A DNA stretch of 29,115 bases. Origin: a virus. Lineage: Duplodnaviria > Caudoviricetes. Each line of letters opens with the position of its first letter. Position 1 is the first letter of the stretch. Made by a program: the position numbers and the translations under genes. Positions 8,906 through 17,037 of the stretch are shown piece after piece. The stretch spans positions 1 through 29,115 of IMG/VR virus record IMGVR_UViG_3300017752_004479. One strand, 5' to 3'. The notes beneath the pieces are model-generated. The model was not told the origin of the DNA. It searched no databases and worked only from the letters and a program-made list of their open reading frames with translations.

Positions 8906-10483
8906 ATGAAACAAACACCAAATCAATTATTCGAACAACTTTCAAAGGAATTTAGTCCTAAAAAAGATAAAGAATTAATCAACGAGGAATTAGGTCAAGT
9001 AATAACATTAAAACCTATTAATACTATTGAAGCAAGCCCAAAAGAACCATTTTGGACTAAATTTGAAAACTTTCTTGCTGAAGGTGGGGCATTAGAACCA
9101 ATTGTTAATACCGAAGAAAAAACTAATACTTTAGAAGCAGAGGAAAAAGTAAAAGCTGATTCTAAATTAAAATACGAAATGGACAGTAAATTAGCGGGTT
9201 CATATAAAATTTCTGATGGTGTAGAAAACATTGCTTCTCATAACTATGATTATGATACTACTGTAGAAAATATTAATAATGTAAATGGAGAAGAATTATT
9301 AAAAGGAGTCCAGTTAGAAATTAAGTATAATGAAGAATTATCTCTTGATGAAGCTAAAGAACTTGTTATCAAAAACTTAGCTAAAAATCCTTTACATTAT
9401 GTAGAAGAAGGTCAATTTGGTGTTAAAGGTTTAGGATACACAGAAGGTAAACAACAACAAAATGATGGTGAAACTTATGGTGGAAGTGGATTTAGTGAAA
9501 AATTAAAAGATGGTGGTGATTCTATGGAATTAGTAAAAGAATCATTAGGCCAAGTAGTAACTTCAGGAAATCCAAATTCATTAGCAGCTCAATCAGGAAA
9601 TATTATTCGTCAAATGATGGCTGAAAAAGAAGAAGCTCCACTACCAATGGATGAAATGGAAGATGAAGGTACAGCTGTATCTTATTCTGATACTACTATG
9701 GAAGCTAAAGGAAAAGATCATGATGGTGACGGTGATGTAGATTCGGACGATTATATGGCAGCTAGAGATAAAGCTATTAAAGCAGCTAAAGCTAAAAAAC
9801 CTAAAAAAGAATCAATCGATTCTAAATTAGCTGAAATTGGCAAGGCAGGTGATATTACTAAAATGGAGGCTCAGTTAGAATTTTTATCAAATTATATATC
9901 TGAAAAATCAGATAGAGTAAATTCAATATCCGAAGATGAAAATTTATCTGAATTAGTTGATAAAAAGAAAATGAAAGATATGCAGAGAGAAATCAAGCTT
10001 TTAGAAAAAAGAAAAGGCAAGATGGAAAAAATGTATGAAAAAATGTGTGGTAAAAAATACAAAAAAGCTGAAATGGTAGACGAAATGGATGCTGTAAGCT
10101 GGAATGAAAAAAATAACCCAACTAGAGGTGCTGCTGGAGAAAGAGATCCTAAAAAAGTAGGTCAATCAACATCTGCTTATGCTATTAACGAAATGGCAGC
10201 CGGTGGTTTAAAAGAAAAAAGTGCTGGTAAAAAACTTTTTGCAGCTTTTAAAAAAGATGGTTTAAAACCTAATTATATAGCAGATGTAAGAAAAGTATCT
10301 AGTGATGGAGAAGCTAAAGATATGGTACACATTGAACCAGGAGAAGGTTCGGTAGAGGTATCATCTTCTTCTAATCAAGATAAAATTGCTCAAGCCATTA
10401 AATCCGCAGGATTTAATATTTCAAAAGAAGAAGATAATGTAGGTAACTATAAATTATCAGTATTTACTATAGATATTAAATAA
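8906..10483 (+). CDS. Putative internal head/prohead core protein (acidic; DUF5661-like segment, EF-hand-like loop)
   Basis: 525 aa, Glu-rich; KGVQLE...EAKELVIKNLAKNPLHY segment; DHDGDGDVDSDDY; directly upstream of the protease. Confidence 0.55.
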   Translation: MKQTPNQLFEQLSKEFSPKKDKELINEELGQVITLKPINTIEASPKEPFWTKFENFLAEGGALEPIVNTEEKTNTLEAEEKVKADSKLKYEMDSKLAGSYKISDGVENIASHNYDYDTTVENINNVNGEELLKGVQLEIKYNEELSLDEAKELVIKNLAKNPLHYVEEGQFGVKGLGYTEGKQQQNDGETYGGSGFSEKLKDGGDSMELVKESLGQVVTSGNPNSLAAQSGNIIRQMMAEKEEAPLPMDEMEDEGTAVSYSDTTMEAKGKDHDGDGDVDSDDYMAARDKAIKAAKAKKPKKESIDSKLAEIGKAGDITKMEAQLEFLSNYISEKSDRVNSISEDENLSELVDKKKMKDMQREIKLLEKRKGKMEKMYEKMCGKKYKKAEMVDEMDAVSWNEKNNPTRGAAGERDPKKVGQSTSAYAINEMAAGGLKEKSAGKKLFAAFKKDGLKPNYIADVRKVSSDGEAKDMVHIEPGEGSVEVSSSSNQDKIAQAIKSAGFNISKEEDNVGNYKLSVFTIDIK

Positions 10484-10484
10484 T

Positions 10485-11090
10485 ATGAGTAAAAAACTCT
10501 TAATTGAAACTCATACTGTTAAGATTTCCCCTTCTCAATTAACTGAAAACGTTAATACAGATAATGGAAATTTAATGGTAGAAGGTATTTTAGCTACGGC
10601 TGAAGTAAAAAATGGTAATGGTCGTTACTATTCAAAAGCTCTATGGAATAGAGAAATGGATAAATATAATGAACTTATTGAACAAAGACGTTCAATGGGA
10701 GAATTAGATCACCCTGAATCTACTGTTATAAACTTAAAAAATGTTTCACATTTAATTACCGATTATTTTTGGGATGGAGATAATGTAATGGGTAAAATAG
10801 AAGTTCTACCAACCCCATCAGGTAATATATTAAAGGAACTTATTAAAAGTGGCATTACAGTAGGTGTATCATCTCGTGGTATGGGCTCTTTAGAAGATAA
10901 AGGTGGTGTAATGGAAGTACAAGATGACTTTGAATTATTATGTTGGGATTTTGTCTCAACACCATCAAATCCAGGTTCCTATATGCATACCTTAAATGAA
11001 GGTAAAAATGTAGTTACATATGATTACACTAACGTAAATAAAGTAGTACACGAAATTCTTTGCTCTAAAGGAAGTTGTCCTATTTTTTAA
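10485..11090 (+). CDS. Prohead protease (T4 gp21-like)
   Basis: NGNGRYY, GELDHP, VSHLIT, PTPSG, GVSSRGMGSL, WDFVSTPS motifs. Confidence 0.96.
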   Translation: MSKKLLIETHTVKISPSQLTENVNTDNGNLMVEGILATAEVKNGNGRYYSKALWNREMDKYNELIEQRRSMGELDHPESTVINLKNVSHLITDYFWDGDNVMGKIEVLPTPSGNILKELIKSGITVGVSSRGMGSLEDKGGVMEVQDDFELLCWDFVSTPSNPGSYMHTLNEGKNVVTYDYTNVNKVVHEILCSKGSCPIF

Positions 11091-11108
11091 TTTTTACTTA
11101 ATTTGCAT

Positions 11109-11119
11109 ATACGTATAAT
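11109..11119 (+). promoter_or_regulatory. Putative late promoter variant ATACGTATAAT for scaffold-capsid
   Basis: Fits ATA(T/C)(T/G)TATAA consensus; about 97 nt upstream of scaffold ATG. Confidence 0.5.
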
Positions 11120-11125
11120 CGCAAT

Positions 11126-11191
11126 GTGTCATGAGTACCTTATATGACACCGATATAAAATTATTCCCTATTACGATTCTTAATAATCGTA
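11126..11191 (+). promoter_or_regulatory. Two stem-loops in the scaffold 5' leader
   Basis: GTGTCAT(11126-32)/ATGACAC(11144-50) and TACGATT(11172-78)/AATCGTA(11185-91). Confidence 0.5.
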
Positions 11192-11216
11192 TTTCACAAA
11201 CTTAAATTTTGAGATT

Positions 11217-12347
11217 ATGGCAAACAATGATTTGTTAAAAGAAGCAATTGCCGATGCTAAAGCTGTTAAAGAAACTGCTATCGCAAATGCTAAACTCGCT
11301 CTTGAGGAAGCTTTTACACCTCATCTGAAATCTATGCTTTCAGCAAAATTAGAAGAAATGGACAAAGAAGATGTTGACGAAGGATACGACGAAGACATGA
11401 AAGAAGAAATGGACTCTAAAGATGATATGAAAGAAGGAGATGATGAAATGTATGAAGAAAAAGAAGAGCTTGACGAGATTAACCTAGACGAATTACTTGC
11501 TGAACTTGAATTGGATGAAGACAAACGTACAGATGCTGAACAAGAAGGCTATAAGGACGGATTCGAAGACGCTAAAGACGACATCGAAAAAGAACTTAAA
11601 TCTATGAAAGTATCAGAAGAAGTATCCGAAGAAATTACTGAAGATGCTAGAACTGATGCTGAAGAAGAAGGCTACAAAGACGGTATGAAGGACGAAAAAG
11701 AAGACATGGAAGATGATATGGACGACGAGGAAATTGACCTTGAAGACATGTCAGAAGATGACTTAAAAGGATTCATTGAGGATGTTATTAAAGATTTAGT
11801 AGCAGACGGAACAATTGAAGCAGGCGAAGACTTCGAAGAGGAAGATATGGAAATGATGGATGTGGAAGATGTTGAAGATGTAGATGTTGATGTAGAAATC
11901 GACGAAGCAGCTCACATGGATAAAGGTGAAACTGGTGTTGGAAACGAAGACGGAGACAGAGATGACTCTGAAGTCGAAAAAGAAACCGAAAAAATGAGAT
12001 TCAAAGAAGCACTTGATGAAATCAATGAGCTTAAAAAAGAATTGAATGAAGTTAACCTTTTAAATGCTAAACTTCTTTACACAAACAAAGTTTTTAAATC
12101 TAAAAACTTAACTGAAGACAAAAAAGTTAGAGTGCTTAAAGCATTTGACAAAGCGTCAACAGTAAAAGAAGCTAAAGTTATTTTTGAAACATTAAACGAA
12201 GGTTTAGTATCAAAAACAGAAGCAACTGCAAGACCAAAAGGAATTGCATCTAAAGCTACTGGAACAATAACTGAAGCTAAAAAACAACCAATAATTGAAT
12301 CCAATGATGTTTACAATAGAATGCGTAAACTTGCTGGATTAATTTAA
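11217..12347 (+). CDS. Prohead scaffolding/core protein (T4 gp22 equivalent)
   Basis: Very acidic coiled-coil protein between protease and capsid; LLKEAIADAKAVKETA N-terminus, LNEVNLLNAKLLYTNK, C-terminal RMRKLAGL. Confidence 0.88.
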   Translation: MANNDLLKEAIADAKAVKETAIANAKLALEEAFTPHLKSMLSAKLEEMDKEDVDEGYDEDMKEEMDSKDDMKEGDDEMYEEKEELDEINLDELLAELELDEDKRTDAEQEGYKDGFEDAKDDIEKELKSMKVSEEVSEEITEDARTDAEEEGYKDGMKDEKEDMEDDMDDEEIDLEDMSEDDLKGFIEDVIKDLVADGTIEAGEDFEEEDMEMMDVEDVEDVDVDVEIDEAAHMDKGETGVGNEDGDRDDSEVEKETEKMRFKEALDEINELKKELNEVNLLNAKLLYTNKVFKSKNLTEDKKVRVLKAFDKASTVKEAKVIFETLNEGLVSKTEATARPKGIASKATGTITEAKKQPIIESNDVYNRMRKLAGLI

Positions 12348-12383
12348 AAAACTATTAATTAACCCTATTAAAACTTAAAAAAA

Positions 12384-14069
12384 ATGAGCTTAAATACTCT
12401 TTTAGAAAGCGCGAACCCATACCAGTCTTTACAGTCTGACGCGGCTAGATTAGCTAGCAAATGGGAAAAGACAGGTTTATTGGAAGGAATGAATGGTGCC
12501 CAGAAAAATAACATGGGAATGATTCTTGAAAACCAAGCTAAACAACTTGTCGTTGAATCATCACAAACTAGTGGTGGTGTAAGTGGTGGTGGTACATTTC
12601 AGTCACAAACTAGCGTAAACGTTGGTGGACAGTGGGCTGGTGTAGCTTTACCATTAGTACGTAAAGTATTTGGTCAAATTGCTGCACAGGAATTTGTATC
12701 AGTACAACCAATGAACTTGCCTTCTGGCCTTGTATTCTTTTTAGATTTCCAATATGGATCTGCTAAGTCTCCATTTGCTGCTGGTGGTTCTTTATATGGT
12801 GACAAAGGTGGTAACAACCCTTTTGGTAACACAAACACAGGTGGTCTTTATGGATCTGGTCGTTTCGGATATTCTATCCAAAACACTGAATCAGCTGTAA
12901 CTGCTACTCTTGTTGAGGATGCTGAGTGGGATGATCTTAACTTTAACAGTGATTTTTCTGCTTCTGTTGCTGCTGGTCTTTACCAAGTAATTTCTGTAGC
13001 TGCTTCAGATTTAGATTTTGCTGATTTAGAAGGTGTTAAAGGATTCCAATTATTTACAGGATCCTTATCTACTTCTGTAATTACAGGATCTGATGGAACT
13101 GTTGCTGGTAAACAATTATCAGAATTTACAAAGTACGATGGTACAAGTGTTAAATTTGTAGCTCTTGATGCTGATATCTTAGCTAATAGTAATGATCAAG
13201 TACTTGTAAATTACCAAATTCAACCTCAAGATAATGCTAGAGGTGATTTTGAAGCTGGTAATTCAACTCCAAATACATTTAACGATGAAGGAACTCCTGA
13301 GCAAGTTATTCCAGAAATCAACATCCAGATGCAATCATCTGCTATTGTTGCTAAAACTAGAAAACTTAAAGCTGTATGGACTCCAGAATTCGCACAGGAT
13401 TTAAATGCATACCATGCATTAGATGCTGAAGCTGAATTAACTTCTATCCTTAGTGAGTACATTTCATTAGAAATTGACCTAGAAATTCTTTCTATGTTGA
13501 TTGAAAGTGCTGCTGCTGGAACAGAAGTATGGTCAGCTGTAAATAACCAAGCCATTACAGGTGGAGGTGCTACTGTACCTGCACAATCTGACTTAGGATT
13601 TTACAATTCTCAAGGACAATGGTTCCAAACACTTGGAACTAAAATCCAAAAATTGAGCAACATCATCCACCAGAAAACTTTACGTGGTGGTGCTAACTTT
13701 ATGGTTGTTTCCCCAACTGTAGCTACTATCTTGGAATCTATTCCTGGATTTGCTGCTGATTCAGATGGAGATACTGCTAAAGCAAGTTACGCATTTGGTG
13801 TACAAAAAGTTGGTGCTTTAAATAGCCGCCAAAAAGTATACAAAAACCCTTACATGACTGCTAACACAATCCTATTAGGATACCGTGGTACTCAGTTCTT
13901 AGAAAGTGGTGCTGTATTCGCTCCTTACATTCCGTTAATCATGACTCCTCTTGTATACGATCCAGATACGTTCGTACCAAGAAAAGGTCTATTAACTAGA
14001 TATGCTAAGAAAATGGTTCGTCCAGAATTCTATGGTACTATCAATGTAGCAGGTTTAAATACTCTATAA
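12384..14069 (+). CDS. Major capsid protein (T4 gp23-like)
   Basis: LPLVRKVF, VSVQPMNLPSGLVFFL, AKTRKLKAVWTPEFAQDLNAYH, EIDLEIL, RGGANF, APYIPL, FVPRKGLLTRY. Confidence 0.98.
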   Translation: MSLNTLLESANPYQSLQSDAARLASKWEKTGLLEGMNGAQKNNMGMILENQAKQLVVESSQTSGGVSGGGTFQSQTSVNVGGQWAGVALPLVRKVFGQIAAQEFVSVQPMNLPSGLVFFLDFQYGSAKSPFAAGGSLYGDKGGNNPFGNTNTGGLYGSGRFGYSIQNTESAVTATLVEDAEWDDLNFNSDFSASVAAGLYQVISVAASDLDFADLEGVKGFQLFTGSLSTSVITGSDGTVAGKQLSEFTKYDGTSVKFVALDADILANSNDQVLVNYQIQPQDNARGDFEAGNSTPNTFNDEGTPEQVIPEINIQMQSSAIVAKTRKLKAVWTPEFAQDLNAYHALDAEAELTSILSEYISLEIDLEILSMLIESAAAGTEVWSAVNNQAITGGGATVPAQSDLGFYNSQGQWFQTLGTKIQKLSNIIHQKTLRGGANFMVVSPTVATILESIPGFAADSDGDTAKASYAFGVQKVGALNSRQKVYKNPYMTANTILLGYRGTQFLESGAVFAPYIPLIMTPLVYDPDTFVPRKGLLTRYAKKMVRPEFYGTINVAGLNTL

Positions 14070-14097
14070 TTAGATATTTAACTTTTCTTAATAAATT

Positions 14098-14123
14098 AAC
14101 CCGGTCTTTGACCGGGTTTTTTT
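14098..14123 (+). terminator. Rho-independent terminator after the major capsid gene
   Basis: AACCCGGTC-TTT-GACCGGGTT stem-loop followed by a T run. Confidence 0.9.
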
Positions 14124-14132
14124 ATGCTTTTA

Positions 14133-14146
14133 ATATGTATAATAAA
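14133..14146 (+). promoter_or_regulatory. Putative late promoter variant ATATGTATAATAAA
   Basis: One mismatch to the 14-mer; immediately after the capsid terminator. Confidence 0.6.
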
Positions 14147-14265
14147 ATGCGTTATATTAAAACTATATTTATCTCATTATATAGCTATATTAAAATTCTA
14201 CGGTTTTTTAACGTATTTACCACGGTTTTATTCAATCAATATGTAATCCCTAATTTCAAGAATTT

Positions 14266-15003
14266 ATGGCAAGTAAACCCCATACGGATGATGTATATCG
14301 TCCTAAGAGAATTCCTAAGAACCCAATTAAGTTCAAACTCCAACTTAATGACGAACAAAAAGACGCTAAAAAACACATCCTGGAAAACACAATTACCCTC
14401 TTGGGAGGAGGGGCAGGTAGTGGAAAAACATTACTTGCATGTAATGTTGCCCTAGATGGTCTTTTACGAAGACAATATGATAAAATCATAATCACCAGAC
14501 CTACTGTATCAAAAGAAGAAATAGGATTTTTACCTGGTGATTTAAGAGAAAAAATGGACCCATGGGTTCAACCTATTTATCAAAATTTCTTTGCTTTATA
14601 TGATAAAGTTAAAGTTGAAAAGTTAGTTAATGATGGTAAAATAGAAATTGTACCTGTATCATTTATGAGAGGTAGAACATTTATGGATTCAATGATTATA
14701 GTTGATGAAGCACAAAATGTTACTCATGAACAAATGGAAATGATTACTTCTAGAATAGGTTTAAGAAGTAAAATGATGATATGTGGAGATGCACATCAAA
14801 CAGATCTTAAAAAGAAATCAGATTCTGGGTTTAAATTTTTATACACAGCTGCTAGAAAAATTAAAAATTTGGAGGCAATTACATTAACTACTAACCATAG
14901 AAATGAGATAGTTGAAGCTTTATTAGATTATTATAATGAAGCAGTTGATAAGGGGGTAAGTATTACTACTTCTGGTTCATATATTTATAATAGTAAGAAT
15001 TAA
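14266..15003 (+). CDS. phoH: PhoH family ATPase
   Basis: GGAGSGKT, IIITRP, IGFLPGDLREKMDPW, FMRGRTF, IVDEAQN, CGDAHQTD, NHR motifs. Confidence 0.96.
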   Translation: MASKPHTDDVYRPKRIPKNPIKFKLQLNDEQKDAKKHILENTITLLGGGAGSGKTLLACNVALDGLLRRQYDKIIITRPTVSKEEIGFLPGDLREKMDPWVQPIYQNFFALYDKVKVEKLVNDGKIEIVPVSFMRGRTFMDSMIIVDEAQNVTHEQMEMITSRIGLRSKMMICGDAHQTDLKKKSDSGFKFLYTAARKIKNLEAITLTTNHRNEIVEALLDYYNEAVDKGVSITTSGSYIYNSKN

Positions 15004-15007
15004 TTTC

Positions 15008-15021
15008 ATATTTATAATAAA
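15008..15021 (+). promoter_or_regulatory. Putative phage late promoter ATATTTATAATAAA
   Basis: Exact 14-mer; a second partial copy lies at 14981-14992 in the phoH 3' end. Confidence 0.7.
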
Positions 15022-15029
15022 ATAGTATT

Positions 15030-15572
15030 ATGGCATTATGTACTCCTACTGGATCATTAGAGGTATTTATAAAAGAAAGCATAACTTTACCAAATGGTAA
15101 TGAAGAAGTAGCAACTAATAGTATAAAAATTCCTGGTGTAAACCAATTAGTAAGAAGAATAGATACAATTTCTTCACATTGGGAAGGCACTGGAGTTGAA
15201 ATTTTAAGATTTGTAGATGATGAAGCATCTCAAATAGCAGGATCATTCGTAAGAGATACTGTCAAATATTTAAGATTTACTAATTTAGATTGTACTAATT
15301 ATCTTTCTTTATATTTAATCCAAGATAGCCCAGATGCTCAATCACCCAACACAGGTAATGTAGGATCAGGAGATGAAGGTGTATTTAAAATAGACCCAGG
15401 AAAATCAATGATGTTGTCAAATGCACAATTTGAAAGTAGTAATTATTATGATTATGTAGTAGATGGATATGTAGATATTCAATATTATTCATCATTTTCA
15501 TCATTATACAGTATAAAGGCAAAGGCAAATAACTCGGATATTAGGATAGAATACCTAGTAGGTTCTTCTTAA
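15030..15572 (+). CDS. Hypothetical beta-rich protein, probably virion-associated
   Basis: 180 aa with its own late motif; VKYLRFTNLD and FKIDPGKSMML segments; lies among structural genes. Confidence 0.6.
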   Translation: MALCTPTGSLEVFIKESITLPNGNEEVATNSIKIPGVNQLVRRIDTISSHWEGTGVEILRFVDDEASQIAGSFVRDTVKYLRFTNLDCTNYLSLYLIQDSPDAQSPNTGNVGSGDEGVFKIDPGKSMMLSNAQFESSNYYDYVVDGYVDIQYYSSFSSLYSIKAKANNSDIRIEYLVGSS

Positions 15573-15585
15573 TATTTATAATAAA
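15572..15585 (+). promoter_or_regulatory. Putative phage late promoter ATATTTATAATAAA
   Basis: Exact 14-mer, 8 nt before ATG. Confidence 0.7.
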
Positions 15586-15593
15586 ATTAAAAA

Positions 15594-15893
15594 ATGGCAT
15601 TAACATTTAGAACAGGATCAGGAGGAAAAGGTTCCGCTTTAACAATTGAAGAACTAGATAATAATTTTAGACATTTTTCTGGTTCCCACACAGTAACTGG
15701 AACTTTAACTATTGACTATGATAATGTAGGGGGTTACGCTCTATATATAACTAGCTCAGATTCTTATCAAACCCCGGTACTAATCGAAAGTTTACCTACT
15801 ACAGAACCTTTGGTAACTGGTTCATTATGGCTATCGGGTAGTGGAGCAGGTAATGCTTCAGGATCTCAATATTTAATGGTATTTAATGGGTAA
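15594..15893 (+). CDS. Short fibre/decoration protein with KGSALTIEELDNNF anchor domain
   Basis: N-terminal ~32 aa nearly identical to the next gene; C-terminal LPTTEP..GSLW motif typical of fibre ends. Confidence 0.65.
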   Translation: MALTFRTGSGGKGSALTIEELDNNFRHFSGSHTVTGTLTIDYDNVGGYALYITSSDSYQTPVLIESLPTTEPLVTGSLWLSGSGAGNASGSQYLMVFNG

Positions 15894-15895
15894 CT

Positions 15896-16948
15896 ATGGG
15901 ATTAACATTTAGAACAGGTTCAGGCGGCAAAGGATCCGCTCTAACAATAGAAGAATTAGATAATAATTTTAGATACTTTACAGGATCACATCCTATAACT
16001 GGATCTTTTACTATATCCGGCTCGTTAGATGTAGAGGGAAATATAACAGCTTCTGGTAATATAAGTGCCAGTAAATTAACTGTTAATACAGCCTCTATAA
16101 GTAAAATTGTAGATGGTCCAGACGGTAATGCTAATGCTGGAATTACAATAATTACTTCTGATAATACAAGTTTAGAGTTTTCGGATACTATTGTAGGAAG
16201 CACTGAAGAGTATGATTTAACTCTAACTTCTGGGGGTGCTTTAAAAATTAATAATGCTGGTTCAAAATTCTCGGGTTCAGCAGGTAATATAACAGCATCA
16301 GCTAATATAAGTGCAAGTGGAAATATAATCTCAAATTTATCACTTGTTAACACCTCAACATTAGACCCAACAGTAGATGATGATGCAAAACTAACAGTAT
16401 TTGGTAATGCTATATTTGGAGAAGGTGCAAACGGAAAAGTAATATTATCTGATGATTATCTTGGTGGTGAATTAGGAGTAATGACAGTTAGTGACCATAC
16501 AATAGCAGCTAAATTTACAGGAGAAGGTTATAGATATGGAGGATTATATGGAGCGGAGCCTTTAAGAATAGCAGATAATGGAAGAGTGGGTATAGGTGTA
16601 GCTGTCCCTGATGAAAAATTAGATATAAATGGAAATGTTAAAATTGGAGAAGGTACTGTTGGCTATGTAATAGTAGGCGATGATCATATTGGCGGTGAAT
16701 TAGGTTTAGTAGATTTCAATACTGATAATTTTATAGCTGTAGTAAAGAGTGATGGTTCTTTTCAATATGGTGGTACGTCTGATAATGCTCTAACTATATC
16801 TTCAAGTAATGTAAGTGCTAGTGGTAACATTACTGGTCAAACCGGTTCTTTTGTTGGTGGTTTAGTATTAACATCCCCTAATGGAACTGAATATGTATTT
16901 ACAACAAACAATGATGGACACTTATCATTAACAGGTAGTGCAGTATAA
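15896..16948 (+). CDS. Fibre protein (head/neck/tail fibre-like)
   Basis: Same anchor N-terminus; GNITASGNISAS repeats; GRVGIGVAVPDEKLDINGN; C-terminal LVLTSPNGTEY. Confidence 0.75.
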   Translation: MGLTFRTGSGGKGSALTIEELDNNFRYFTGSHPITGSFTISGSLDVEGNITASGNISASKLTVNTASISKIVDGPDGNANAGITIITSDNTSLEFSDTIVGSTEEYDLTLTSGGALKINNAGSKFSGSAGNITASANISASGNIISNLSLVNTSTLDPTVDDDAKLTVFGNAIFGEGANGKVILSDDYLGGELGVMTVSDHTIAAKFTGEGYRYGGLYGAEPLRIADNGRVGIGVAVPDEKLDINGNVKIGEGTVGYVIVGDDHIGGELGLVDFNTDNFIAVVKSDGSFQYGGTSDNALTISSSNVSASGNITGQTGSFVGGLVLTSPNGTEYVFTTNNDGHLSLTGSAV

Positions 16949-16984
16949 TTTTAATAAAACACTATTATTTAATAAAAAGAATTT

Positions 16985-17010
16985 AGACCTCAATTTGAGG
17001 TCTTTTTTTT
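16985..17010 (+). terminator. Rho-independent terminator
   Basis: AGACCTC-AATTT-GAGGTCT followed by a T run. Confidence 0.85.
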
Positions 17011-17011
17011 C

Positions 17012-17025
17012 ATATTTATAATAAA
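17012..17025 (+). promoter_or_regulatory. Putative phage late promoter ATATTTATAATAAA
   Basis: Exact 14-mer directly after the terminator. Confidence 0.7.
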
Positions 17026-17037
17026 ACTGAATACAAT

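Noticed and set aside
14108-14146. TTG start at 14108 for the ORF overlapping phoH
   Set aside because: It lies inside the terminator hairpin and upstream of the promoter motif; only ATG 14147 is plausible.
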